A stretch of DNA of 63,618 nucleotides, filler included, from Octopus bimaculoides (taxonomy: Eukaryota): NCBI RefSeq assembly GCF_001194135.2. It is 9 parts of 5 records of this genome, joined end to end, with 100 filler letters (N's around TTAATTAATTAA, not from the genome) between each part and the next. Parts side by side here need not be neighbours in the genome. Positions count along the whole stretch, not along the records: positions 7,146 to 18,172 come from NC_068987.1; positions 18,273 to 25,009 come from NC_069007.1; 7 more parts are not named here. One strand, given 5' to 3'. Numbering within the stretch: position 1 is the first letter of the stretch; the number at the start of each line of letters is the position of its first letter. Shown in pieces: positions 11,709-24,300 of the stretch. The notes beneath the pieces were generated by a model. That model was not told where the DNA came from and did no database searches. It worked only from the letters and a program-made list of their open reading frames with translations. A program made the position numbers and the translations under genes.

Positions 11709-12791
11709 TGCTACAGATCATGATGGGAGGGATAACTTCCCTTGGCAAACAGGACACAGTAGTGTGNNNNNNNNNNTATATATATATATATATATATATA
11801 TAGTAGGCGAAACGAGGATATTCTTTCAGCATTCTAACTTTGGCAAAGAACTCAAAGACAGGAATTATTCATATCTGTGAACATAGACATTGAGGTAAAA
11901 GCAGTTCGTAGCATATAAAATAATGTCATGTTACATACATATTCAAATAAACTCGTATGTGTGCGTGTGTAGGTGTGTGTGGGGGTTTGTGCGCGCGCGC
12001 GTGTATATGTCTGTGTATAATTGGCAAAAAGTATCCCCATTCTTATATATTTGTATATATACATGTGTATATACACACACAGTCACACACACGTACACAT
12101 ACACACTCACACACACACACACATACACGCACACATACACATATTTGTTTCGGAAATAAAAGATCTGTTCAATAAAATATGCATTGCATCATAATATGTA
12201 AGATAATCTACCTCCACCATCTTCATATTATTATGTAATACACAAATGATTTGATGGATCTTTCGTTTTGCGGACTTGTTGTACTCAACGGCGACTGTCT
12301 TATTGTTTCATATGTATGTTTGTCGCATACAATGCAGTGCAAGTTGCTATTGGATTCAAAGTTGTTTAGCACTTGAATTCGAATTCGAACTTGAATTCGA
12401 AGTTGTCATATCTTCCAAGCTAATTGTAAATATTGTCCCTTGGTGGCTGACGATATGTGCATCTCTCATCACGAGCAGAAGTAGTGGGGGAATTCTTTGA
12501 GGTTCGAATAATTCACCCTTGGAAACATGTGTCTTTTGTTCAACATCCTTAAACGACTCTTATTCAAGGATCATTTGAGTATGATGAGCTACTCGACCTG
12601 AAGAAAATTCTAAGTGTGTCCCACCTGCAATGTCATGCACTGTTTATCTTGATATGAGATCACCATGTTGCGTACACATGGTTACGATGCATGTGCCTGG
12701 TGTACCCTTATCAGACAGGTAGTCATGATGGGTATACTGGGCTTCGTATATTTTACCCAGTGTCACTTTGATGGCATGCACTGCTCCCCCA

Positions 12792-12849
<58 letters not shown>

Positions 12850-12851
<2 letters not shown>

Positions 12852-12959
12852 CCTTTCGACTATAGGCACCAGGCCTGCAACATCGATCCCCACTATTTCA
12901 CTGGTACTTAATATATCAACTCTGAAAGGATGATATGATTCTGCCAACTCACCGCTTTC

Positions 12960-12960
<1 letters not shown>
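12850..12960 (-). mobile_element. SINE family A copy between (AAT)n and (TAG)n
   Basis: Head ggtgagttggcagaatc and tail cctggtgcctatagtcgaaagg+(ATT)n, with an internal deletion. Confidence 0.65.
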
Positions 12961-13031
<71 letters not shown>

Positions 13032-13725
13032 ACAACGTAATATGAATAAAATGTCAAATATTTCGATGCGTGACTTTTTGGCCCACCCGGTCTGTATATA
13101 ATTTTGCTCCAGCATGGTCGCTATACTAAATACGGCATATTGAATTAGTGCAAGACGCGATTTGGTGGTCACTTAACCGATAGCAGCGTATTTTACCACT
13201 ATCATCAGGAAAATTTCTCAGGCTTAACTCATAGTTAAGTGCTGACTAACATATTTCATATCCAAAACAAAAACATTATATGGTGACATTGACCCAGCAT
13301 TACCGCAATGCAATGATTGGAATGGGTAAAGAAATGGAAGACTGTGTGAATGTTGTGTGAGGTGAGTGTGTATGCGTGTGTATATGTGTGTGTATGTTTG
13401 CATGTGTATATGTGTGTGTGTGTGTGTGTGCGTGTGTGCGTATGTGCGTGTGCGTATGTGCGTGTGCGCATTTATTTCAATACAGCTCAGAACCCGGAAG
13501 TGTAAGCCACATTCAACACTTATACACAGATACATACACATACGCACAAGCATATATTTACATGTCACACCATATATATACATATATATATATATATGCG
13601 TGTGTGCGCGTTTGTGTATGTGTGTGTGTGTACATATATGCACACATGCACATATAACTATATACGCATATAATTAGACAAACTAACACACCCTTGTATA
13701 GATGTATTTATATATATATATACAC

Positions 13726-13758
<33 letters not shown>

Positions 13759-14837
13759 TAGATACATATACACACGCTTGCACAAACAATATATTTCGTG
13801 TATCTGTATCTGTGGACAGATTTTTTTCTGGACATTTCGACTGACATATAATCATATTCAAAGCTGTTCTGGTTTTGATTACACACACACANNNNNNNNN
13901 NNNNNNNNNNNNNNNNNNNNNNNNNNNNNNNNNNNNNNNNNNNNNNNNNNNNNNNNNNNNNNNNNNNNNNNNNNNNNNNNNNNNNNNNNNNNNNNNNNNN
14001 NNNNNNNNNNNNNNNNNNNNNNNNNNNNNNNNNNNNNNNNNNNNNNNNNNNNNNNNNNNNNNNNNNNNNNNNNNNNNNNNNNNNNNNNNNNNNNNNNNNN
14101 NNNNNNNNNNNNNNNNNNNNNNNNNNNNNNNNNNNNNNNNNNNNNNNNNNNNNNNNNNNNNNNNNNNNNNNNNNNNNNNNNNNNNNNNNNNNNNNNNNNN
14201 NNNNNNNNNNNNNNNNNNNNNNNNNNNNNNNNNNNNNNNNNNNNNNNNNNNNNNNNNNNNNNNNNNNNNNNNNNNNNNNNNNNNNNNNNNNNNNNNNNNN
14301 NNNNNNNNNNNNNNNNNNNNNNNNNNNNNNNNNNNNNNNNNNNNNNNNNNNNNNNNNNNNNNNNNNNNNNNNNNNNNNNNNNNNNNNNNNNNNNNNNNNN
14401 NNNNNNNNNNNNNNNNNNNNNNNNNNNNNNNNNNNNNNNNNNNNNNNNNNNNNNNNNNNNNNNNNNNNNNNNNNNNNNNNNNNNNNNNNNNNNNNNNNNN
14501 NNNNNNNNNNNNNNNNNNNNNNNNNNNNNNNNNNNNNNNNNNNNNNNNNNNNNNNNNNNNNNNNNNNNNNNNNNNNNNNNNNNNNNNNNNNNNNNNNNNN
14601 NNNNNNNNNNNNNNNNNNNNNNNNNNNNNNNNNNNNNNNNNNNNNNNNNNNNNNNNNNNNNNNNNNNNNNNNNNNNNNNNNNNNNNNNNNNNNNNNNNNN
14701 NNNNNNNNNNNNNNNNNNNNNNNNNNNNNNNNNNNNNNNNNNNNNNNNNNNNNNNNNNNNNNNNNNNNNNNNNNNNNNNNNNNNNNNNNNNNNNNNNNNN
14801 NNNNNNNNNNNNNNNNNNNNNNNNNNNNNNNNNNNNN

Positions 14838-14894
<57 letters not shown>

Positions 14895-16159
14895 TAGCAT
14901 TCAAAGCATAATTGAATAGGGAAAATGTTGGTTTGATGAAATGTTCTTTTGTATCAAGAAACTACTAGTAACCACAATGTGTGATCCGTAATTCGTATTA
15001 CTACGCGTCTCTATTTCTTCCCTTTCTGTCCGTCGCTTTCTCTCTAGCTTTCTGTGCACCTTCTCTATGGACACAATTAGGAATATCAACGGAGCTTGTG
15101 TTAGACAAATAGAGGTAAATACTGATACCTGGTCCAGTTGTATGTTAACTTAGACCAGATTCGAGAGCAGCTGATGGTAGAACGTAATGGCACAAAGGTT
15201 GCCGTGGTCGGGCATTATTCGATAAATACGGGGTTCAATTTCTTAGGGTGATTTCGTCCATTTCCCCCTTTTAAAATGTGGATATGAATACATTTAAATT
15301 TTGATCTTTCATACATACAGACAGATAGAACAAACCCACGGTGAATTACCAGAGCCACTGGAGCGTCGCACAAAATACCTTGCCTTTTTTTATTCCGATC
15401 TTCTACTTCTGATTTCAAAGTGATAGGGTCCTCCCGGTATATAATTTCTAGGATTTCAGTAGTCAAATATACAAGTGCTNNNNNNNNNNNNNNNNNNNNN
15501 NNNNNNNNNNNNNNNNNNNNNNNNNNNNNNNNNNNNNNNNNNNNNNNNNNNNNNNNNNNNNNNNNNNNNNNNNNNNNNNNNNNNNNNNNNNNNNNNNNNN
15601 NNNNNNNNNNNNNNNNNNNNNNNNNNNNNNNNNNNNNNNNNNNNNNNNNNNNNNNNNNNNNNNNNNNNNNNNNNNNNNNNNNNNNNNNNNNNNNNNNNNN
15701 NNNNNNNNNNNNNNNNNNNNNNNNNNNNNNNNNNNNNNNNNNNNNNNNNNNNNNNNNNNNNNNNNNNNNNNNNNNNNNNNNNNNNNNNNNNNNNNNNNNN
15801 NNNNNNNNNNNNNNNNNNNNNNNNNNNNNNNNNNNNNNNNNNNNNNNNNNNNNNNNNNNNNNNNNNNNNNNNNNNNNNNNNNNNNNNNNNNNNNNNNNNN
15901 NNNNNNNNNNNNNNNNNNNNNNNNNNNNNNNNNNNNNNNNNNNNNNNNNNNNNNNNNNNNNNNNNNNNNNNNNNNNNNNNNNNNNNNNNNNNNNNNNNNN
16001 NNNNNNNNNNNNNNNNNNNNNNNNNNNNNNNNNNNNNNNNNNNNNNNNNNNNNNNNNNNNNNNNNNNNNNNNNNNNNNNNNNNNNNNNNNNNNNNNNNNN
16101 NNNNNNNNNNNNNNNNNNNNNNNNNNNNNNNNNNNNNNNNNATATATGTATATATATGT

Positions 16160-16370
16160 ATGTGTTTGTGTGTCTGTGTTTGTCCCCCACCCCAACATCG
16201 CTTGACAACCGATGCTGGTGTGTTTATGTCCCCGTAACTTAGCGGTTCGGCAAAAGAGTCCGATAGAATAAGTACTAGGCTTACAAAGAATAAGTCCTGG
16301 GGTCGATTTGCTCGACTAAAGGCGGTGCTCCAGCATGGCTACAGTCAAATGACTGAAACAAGTAAAAGAG
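16160..16370 (+). mobile_element. SINE family B, 3' half
   Basis: cgcttgacaaccgatgctggtgtg...ccgatagaataagtactaggc...cagtcaaatgactgaaacaagtaaaagag; recurs at 35889-36005 and, inverted, at 26555-26755. Confidence 0.8.
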
Positions 16371-16414
16371 TGTGTGTGTGTGTGTGTGCGTGTGCGTGTG
16401 TGTATGTGTGTGTG

Positions 16415-16575
16415 TGTGTGTCGTAGTGTCTATGTTTGTTCCCCCATTATCACTTGGTAACCGATGTTGGTGTGTTTATGTCCCGTAACATTAGCGGTTC
16501 GGCAAAAGAGACCGATAAATTGAGTACTAGGCTTATAAAGAGTAGGTCCTAGAATCGATTTCTTCAACTAATACC
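16415..16575 (+). mobile_element. Second, tandem SINE family B 3' half
   Basis: Diverged repeat of 16170-16320, directly after a (GT)n tract. Confidence 0.7.
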
Positions 16576-16974
16576 CTCTAAGGTATATATATATGTTATT
16601 TTATATTCTGTTAAGAACTAGTAAAGTACAGTATAAAGCTCACAGACCTTCAGATTTCAGCTTGTGCTATCCAGGAGTAATATTATACCTACTTCCAGAT
16701 TTGCGTTTCTGTCGTGTGTGAATAGATAACTGAAAAAGTTGGAGTTAACAAGAAGGAGTACAGTTGGACATTTATTTGTAATCACTACAATTGTTTCTAT
16801 GCAACGTAGTTCTCCAGGCTTGCACGTACTAAGTTATGTAACCGTTTCCTTGCATTATGAGATCTAGTTATGCTTCCTCATGCGATATATAAATATTGTC
16901 TCCGTAAATTCAAATTCTCGGTTTCAAGAGCATCCTATCTGCCTGTCATTGCCTGGAATTAGTAGTCGCCGTTG

Positions 16975-17350
16975 CATTCCGTCGGTTACGACGACAAGGG
17001 TTCCAGTTGATCCGATCAACGGATCAACCTGCTCGTGAAATTAACGTGCAAGTGGCTAAGCACTCCACAGACATGTATACCCTTAACGTAGTTCTCAGGG
17101 AGATTCAGCGTGACACAGAGTGTGACAAGGCTGGCCCTTTGAAATACAAGTACAACAGAAACAGGAAGTAAGAGTGAGAGAAAGTTGTGGTGAAAGAGTA
17201 CAGCAGGGTTCGCCAACACCCCACCTGCCGGAGCCTCGTGGAGCTTTAGGTGTTTTCTCTCAATAAACACTTACAACGCCCGGTCTGGGAATCGAAACCG
17301 CGATCCTATGACCGCGAGTCCGCTGCCCTAATTACTGGGCCATTACGGTG
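16975..17350 (-). mobile_element. Near full-length tRNA-derived SINE
   Basis: Minus strand: tggcccagtaattaagggc (A box)...gtttcgattccc (B box), head similar to 6964-7045, long unique body ending cgtcgtaaccgacggaatg. Confidence 0.75.
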
Positions 17351-17647
17351 CCTGAAGGTCCGTTGGCAAATTGCTTTGAATGTGTGGATGTAGTGAGATG
17401 GTGATTTTGCTACTGTTAAAGTATTTGTCGTTTTAAGGGATTGGCATTTGATTTCTTTCACCTGTTGATGTGTTTGTTCTTCATGGTTGGTTACACTTAC
17501 GATTGGCCTTAGCTGACCTTTAAGAACATGCCTATGCGTACACATACATGCGCGTACACATATACATCCATATACATATTTATACTCGGGGACACGCTCG
17601 CACACAGACTCCTCCCACACACATTCACGCACCTCCCCACACACATA

Positions 17648-17690
<43 letters not shown>

Positions 17691-17805
17691 GTAGATACAC
17701 ATATGCACGCACACATGCTCTTACCTATACATTAATAGTTCATATACAGACACATGCATGTACGTGCAGACCGACATAAGCAGATACACACATGCATACT
17801 CATAC

Positions 17806-17846
<41 letters not shown>

Positions 17847-18418
17847 CACACATACTCATAGACATATACTTACATATATATATATAATATATATATATAT
17901 ATATACTTCCTCCCTCTCTTTCTCCCTCTACCACTCTCTCTCTTCCCTTTACACCGGCATGGTCACATGCTTCCGGTCAATAATTCTTTCCTTCCTTGGC
18001 TTTCGCCAAGTAACACACGCTACCACTTTGTCTCTCTCGGTTCCGTGCTTCATCGCGTTCATACACACATAATTTTTCTCGTCTGGCCGTAAAGCCTTTT
18101 CTGTTTGTTTTCCTGTCTTGTTTTTTGTCCGCCACTACATTCCTCCATGGCTAGATTTAATTTGCGTATACANNNNNNNNNNNNNNNNNNNNNNNNNNNN
18201 NNNNNNNNNNNNNNNNTTAATTAATTAANNNNNNNNNNNNNNNNNNNNNNNNNNNNNNNNNNNNNNNNNNNNTCCCTTAATTATGTTTATAAATGTATAA
18301 GAACTTTTAAATAAGTTCTTCATCGATAATGGTGTTTACATGCCGAAGGGCTTGGTAAAAACTATTAATTATTAATTTATTAATAAATTGATAATCCTTT
18401 ACCCATTTAATTGTAATG

Positions 18419-18451
<33 letters not shown>

Positions 18452-18481
18452 TAGAGATAGATAGGTAGAGATAGAGAGAGA

Positions 18482-18571
18482 GGCGCAGGAGTGACTGTGT
18501 GGTAAGTAGTTTGCTACCCGGAGCCATGTGGGTCGGAAGCAAGATACTGACCACACAGCCACTCCTACGCC
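18482..18571. repeat. Hairpin made of two head-to-head SINE-B 5' ends (34-bp arms, 22-nt loop)
   Basis: ggcgcaggagtgactgtgtggtaagtagtttgct versus the reverse complement of 18538-18571, 29/34 identical; both match the SINE head at 29204. Confidence 0.85.
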
Positions 18572-19061
18572 TTTTGTTAATTCGTATTTAGAAAGTTGAT
18601 CCTCGGCTTGGCTGTTGTTTCTAGCTTGTCAGATTTCCGGTGGGGGACGGATTGAAATTTTGAAATTTTTTCTTTGATTATGCGTATTAAAATTTTGAAA
18701 ACTTGTTTCTAACATGTCAGGTTTACCAGCTTTTATCTAACCCACAGATTATTCAGGTTAATCTGCAGTAAAGGCGGGGGAAATGTCATGGTTATCGGAC
18801 AATTATTTAGAGGGTGTCTTATCAACCGTGACACCGTTATTGCCAAAATAAAGAAATGGCCAAAACTTGAAACGATTTCCTTCCAACGCTGAATACTTTT
18901 ATTTTAAGAGGAATGGTAAGTTGACATTAATTTTGTTCTCGTTAAAATAACCTTGCATCAAGTTAAAGTCTTTGTCGACTGATATATAACTGGTTTCATT
19001 TTGGTATTAATCTATAGAAGAATTATTCTTGCATGTGGCAGTTCAAATCGATGTGCACACA

Positions 19062-19110
<49 letters not shown>

Positions 19111-19144
19111 ATTAACTACCAACAAAAATAATTGGTAAGCTAAC

Positions 19145-19175
<31 letters not shown>

Positions 19176-19619
19176 TATAAATAGATNNNNNNNNNNNNNN
19201 NNNNNNNNNNNNNNNNNNNNNNNNNNNNNNNNNNNNNNNNNNNNNNNNNNNNNNNNNNNNNNNNNNNNNNNNNNNNNNNNNNNNNNNNNNNNNNNNNNNN
19301 NNNNNNNNNNNNNNNNNNNNNNNNNNNNNNNNNNNNNNNNNNNNNNNNNNNNNNNNNNNNNNNNNNNNNNNNNNNNNNNNNNNNNNNNNNNNNNNNNNNN
19401 NNNNNNNNNNNNNNNNNNNNNNNNNNNNNNNNNNNNNNNNNNNNNNNNNNNNNNNNNNNNNNNNNNNNNNNNNNNNNNNNNNNNNNNNNNNNNNNNNNNN
19501 NNNNNNNNNNNNNNNNNNNNNNNNNNNNNNNNNNNNNNNNNNNNNNNNNNNNNNNNNNNNNNNNNNNNNNNNNNNNNNNNNNNNNNNNNNNNNNNNNNTA
19601 TGTAAATTAGAAATTACTA

Positions 19620-19790
19620 ACAGCGGTAGATTGTCAGAGTCTTTTAAGCGCCGGAAAAGAAAAGGAAATGCTTTGCTGCTCTTTACGTTCTGAGTTCAAA
19701 TCCCGCCGAAGTTAACTCTGCCTTTCATCCTTTCGGGGTCGATAAATTAAGTACCTGTTGAAGGGGCTAATGCAATTTCGCACCTCTCGT
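19620..19790 (+). mobile_element. SINE family A copy
   Basis: ttacgttctgagttcaaatcccgccgaagttaactctgcctttcatcctttcggggtcgataaattaagtacc. Confidence 0.75.
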
Positions 19791-20280
19791 TAAAAAATGC
19801 ATTTAAAAAAAAAAAGTTTCTTTCAGATTCCTTTGAAAAAAAACTTTTTCATATTCCTACGTTCTAGATGTCGGAGATTACGAATATGCAAAAAAAAAAA
19901 AATCATAAGCCAAAAGAACTTTTAACTTCTTGCCTAGTGCGAGCAGAGCAATATCATATCTCCTCCGCTATTTCAGTATTACGTATCAAAAGTGAAACAA
20001 TAGCGTGGATAATCTGTGGAAGTTTAATTGTGTACATGGAGCGTCGCCTAGCCAAGGGAGATAACCTACTTATAGGAACGCCCTATTGTAATGTGAGATA
20101 TTTTCACTTTAATACTGAAACTATTAAAGTGAGACTATTACTTCCGCCTTCAGTGAGTTGTTTGTTATCCCAACACGAACCAAACGAATACATAATATGG
20201 TGGCAGCGATAAATACTTAATCGAAGACCGTGCCTTTACAGCAAACCTATAATCTAACAAATTAAATCGCTTCGTCTTCA

Positions 20281-20319
<39 letters not shown>

Positions 20320-20329
20320 ATCCGAAATA

Positions 20330-20736
20330 GTGGACCCCGTCACTGTACAGATGAATCTACATCCGCCCATGAACTGGGACGCCGATGATGTCGTGGAAGC
20401 ATTCAAGAAATTCAGACAGAAAACTCAACTGGCTTTCAAAAGCTTCCTTAAAGGTACAACTGCCGATGAAAAGGTAAGCTACATCCTTTTATGGACGGGA
20501 GAGAAGGGTCTAGACCTATTCAATAGTTGGGACATGTCAGAATCGGATTGCAATACTCCAGACGCACTTTTAGAGAAATCTGAAAGGCACCTAGAGTCCA
20601 GATCAAACCATAGAATTCATAGGTATGAATTCCAGGGCCTGAAACAAGACCCACAAGAAACGATTGACAACTTCCTGTCCTGACTAAAGAATGTTGCCGA
20701 GAAATGCAGATTCAAAGACAAGGACGAAAGGATTCT
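20330..20736 (+). mobile_element. Ty3/gypsy-type retrotransposon gag fragment
   Basis: PPMNWDADDVVEAFKKFRQK..LAF...KVSYILLWTGEKGLDLFNSW...HRIHRYEFQGLKQDPQETIDNFLS*LKNVAEKCRF: capsid-like gag motifs, one in-frame stop, then truncated. Confidence 0.8.
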
Positions 20737-21090
20737 AGTGGAATGTGGCGAGGTGGGTTGACAATTGACACACCTCATATGGGTTAGGGTTAATTGTTTC
20801 AGAATCGTTTGTTTATGTAGTCGGCACTTAATGTATATCGGCTGAATGGACGTCAGTGATTGGTTGAAATTACAGAAATACAACTTTAACATGGAATAGT
20901 TTATGGATTTCTTTTTTTTTTAAGAAGACTAAGAGAAAAAGATGTTTTATATGACACATTCTACCAGTGTTCCAAGTTTCAAAGTGTTTCGTTAATGAAA
21001 AATGTGGCCCCCGTTTTAAAAAAGATCCCAGTATCCTTCATTACTTTCTCTTGTAAACCAAAGTCTTACCTTCTGACGTTTGACTCACAG

Positions 21091-21147
21091 AAAATGGGCA
21101 AGGGTTGGTGACAGAGAGAGCATCCAACTGAAGCAAATTCTGCCTGA
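21091..21147 (+). CDS. Candidate 57-nt exon (only open frame KWARVGDRESIQLKQILP)
   Basis: Acceptor ttctgacgtttgactcacag| and donor |GTAAGT; its phase (2) does not match the 21375 acceptor. Confidence 0.4.
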
Positions 21148-21374
21148 GTAAGTTTTAGCTAATTCTTGCCAGCCTGGGAAAAATGGAAATAAAAGCAAAC
21201 GCACTCATGTGTATGTATCTGTGTATTTTTTCATTTCATTTCAAAGTTTCAGCTCAGAGCTGCGGCCATGCTGATGCACCACCGTGTATATGTATATTCT
21301 TGTTTTTTTTTTTTTATCTCTTTTCACTTATATGTATATATATTTATATATTTTTTTTTTTTTGTCATTGACAG

Positions 21375-24300
21375 GAAGAAGAAACAAAAGTAGAAAAGGA
21401 AGGTGAGATTTGCATAGTGTCTGGAAGAAAAAAGGTCATCTGTACCTGTTTTAATTGCTTTAGAAACTGGCGGCAGTCCCAGAGCAAAGATCTGCCATCA
21501 TCTCAGCCTTGTACGAAGCGTGTGGGTGATGTAAGTTTCAAACCACAATTCAATTCCCAGAAACTATCAATGTGTAAATGGAATGACAGCGATGAGTATG
21601 AACCTTCTGAGAAAAAATCTAAACTTTCTGATTCCAAGAGCAAAGACCAAAAGAAACTGCGGCCCACAAGATTTCATGTACAGAACTTTGACTTTGGTGA
21701 AGTCATAACAAAGTCAACAACACAAGGTATTTCTGATTTATCAAAGAACAAAAGCCAAACAACATGTCGTGGCACTGTAATAGACGTTTCTGATGAATCA
21801 TCCACTTCGGTTAACAGTGATTCTGATGATACTCTGCCGAATTTAACGCCACCTATGTCGGATAATACAAATGATGAAGAAAACGACAAAGAAGAAACAA
21901 CACTTGTTGACAATGTTCCTGGCATAGCCGATGAAGAGGAATGTCCTGAAATAATAGACATTATCGAAAATAATTATGATTCTGAAGTGTTGTTTAATTA
22001 CTCTCAGGAAGATGCAATTATTCTTATCTCTGATGATGATAATGAAGTTGGTGACGGAGAATATGATGATAATGATGAGGATGAAGAGGAGGAGGATTTT
22101 GACAGAAGAGGAATGGATGGAGAGTCTTCAAAGAAACCTCATCACCGAAATAATATCAGCTTTGTCAATGCCAATGTGCAGTTTTCCAAAGAAGAATCGA
22201 AATTCTGTCAAGAGATTAAAAAGGAAATTCCTGATTCTTTGGCAGATTATGGCAATGATGTCTCGACTAAACACAAAATAAAGAAAGAAGAAGAAGAAGA
22301 AGAAGCCGAAGAACATTCTAGACATTCTGAGAATAGTAAAGTCAATTCGTTAATGTTTGATATTCCATCAGTAAAACTTGAACCGGGTTCAAGTGATAAA
22401 GGAACTGGAAAAGCCACACGTAATCCCGAAGATACCCAGTTATATCATCAGTTACATATAAAGCAAGAGAAACCAGATTCTCAAGACACCCTTAATCTAT
22501 TTGAAGAATGGGGAGAATCCACAAAACCAAATTCCACTGTTGCAAGGGATAAACCTACCAATGTTTGTGTTAAACAGGATGACACATCAGGTGGCAAATA
22601 CATGGAGCCTACAATATTTCCTTTAAAACGTAAAGTGTATTCTAACAGATTTTCATCCTCCACAAGTGATGATGATGATGATGATACACAATGTTGTCCT
22701 TTGAAAACTTCTAAGGTTACCAAGACAGTCAGTCAGTGGTTAACGAAACAGGGAGATCATGAGAAATCCCTTACAAAACACTCTGTATCTAATGATGTGG
22801 TTTTTGATGATGATGGTGATGCTGAACTCAATGATGATGATGAATTATATATGTGTGCTACTCAGGTTGAAGAAAATTTATTCAAAGAAGGACAACTGAA
22901 TAGGAAGGTAAAAAAAAAAAGCCCAGAAATAAGTCGATGTTCCAAACTATCACAAAAAACACCAAAATACTCATCCAAGACAGTAGAAGACTTGGGAGAG
23001 GGCTCCTCCAAGACTGCAAGGGACTCCTTAACACCAGTCATTGCCAAAAAATTATTTGGTAATGCCAACACTTCCACACCATCTCTGTCAAGGGTAACAC
23101 AGAAAACCAAAGGCAAACTTTGGAAACCTTGTTGGAAAAACACTGATGAAGATTCTGACAGCGATAGCAGCATTTACTCAATGGCTACACAGGTTGATCA
23201 TAATATATTTTTAGTTAATGACAATGATGCAGATAATGATGGTGATGATGATGATGATGATGATAGGTTATATATGCAAAACACTCAGGTTGATTCTGTG
23301 CCGAGGAAAACCAGTTTCAAATTTAAATCAAAGTCAATTTATTCAGCCAAAAGTAAAAAGCTACTAAGTACAAATGATAATAATTCCGATAGTGATGACA
23401 GCCAGTTTTCTGTAGCAACCCAAGTCGATAACGACGCTGTTCCAAAGGGTGGGCATCAAATAAAGAATTGTTTTTTGTCTCCCAAAGCGTCAGCTTCTGT
23501 GACAAATAGCAGGCAGGTTCTTAGAACAAAAGAAAGTGAATTTAAAACACCGAAGTTTCCTCATCTGAAAAAGAAATCAAAAGGTATTCCTTCTGATGCC
23601 TATTTAAAGAAAACAATGACCCCTACTTCCATTCAACATTCAAGTACTTCTTATAAAGATGTTGATGAAGACTCTGATAGCGATAGCAGTGTGTTTTCGA
23701 TAGCTACTCAAATAGATCATCCTTTACCTTGTCAAAATGATGAGAGAAAAGATGACCCCTACTTTCAGGCTACTCAAGTTGACAAACTTCAATCTAATAC
23801 AAGAACAAAATTTCCTTCACCTAAAGCTAACAGCTTCAAAATTCCTCTGCAACCAACAAAATTCAAGCCTTCAGCCCTAAAATTGGATATTCATCATTGT
23901 AAAGAGAGAAATGAGGATTATGATAGTGACGACAGTTTATTTTCTGTAGCGACCCAGATTGATGATTCATGCCCTTTAAGGATCAACATTGAAAAGCAGG
24001 AAGAGTTTTATATGAAAGAAACCCAGGTGGACGAACCATTTACATCCAAGAGTTCTAAAAGTCAACATTGTATCCCTCCAGTTCACCTAAAGCCAAAAGC
24101 ACCCAGAAAGAATTCAACTTCAAAGCCAAAAGCCACCAGTGATGACAATGATGATGATGACAACCTATTTTTGGCAGCGACACAAGTGGATTCAGTTAAT
24201 TCTAGTAAAGTTGCTACTCCAACAACAGACTCTTCTTTTAATGATTTTGTTTTGGGTCTGGCGGCAACCGAACCCAGCAGCATTGGAACGGTAAGCAGCA

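Noticed and set aside
15130-15260. Protein-like frame LVQLYVNLDQIREQLMVERNGTKVAVVGHY
   Set aside because: Bounded by stops, no convincing splice pair, no recognisable family.
1336-16242. Long ORFs made mostly of X
   Set aside because: They span N gaps and carry no coding information.
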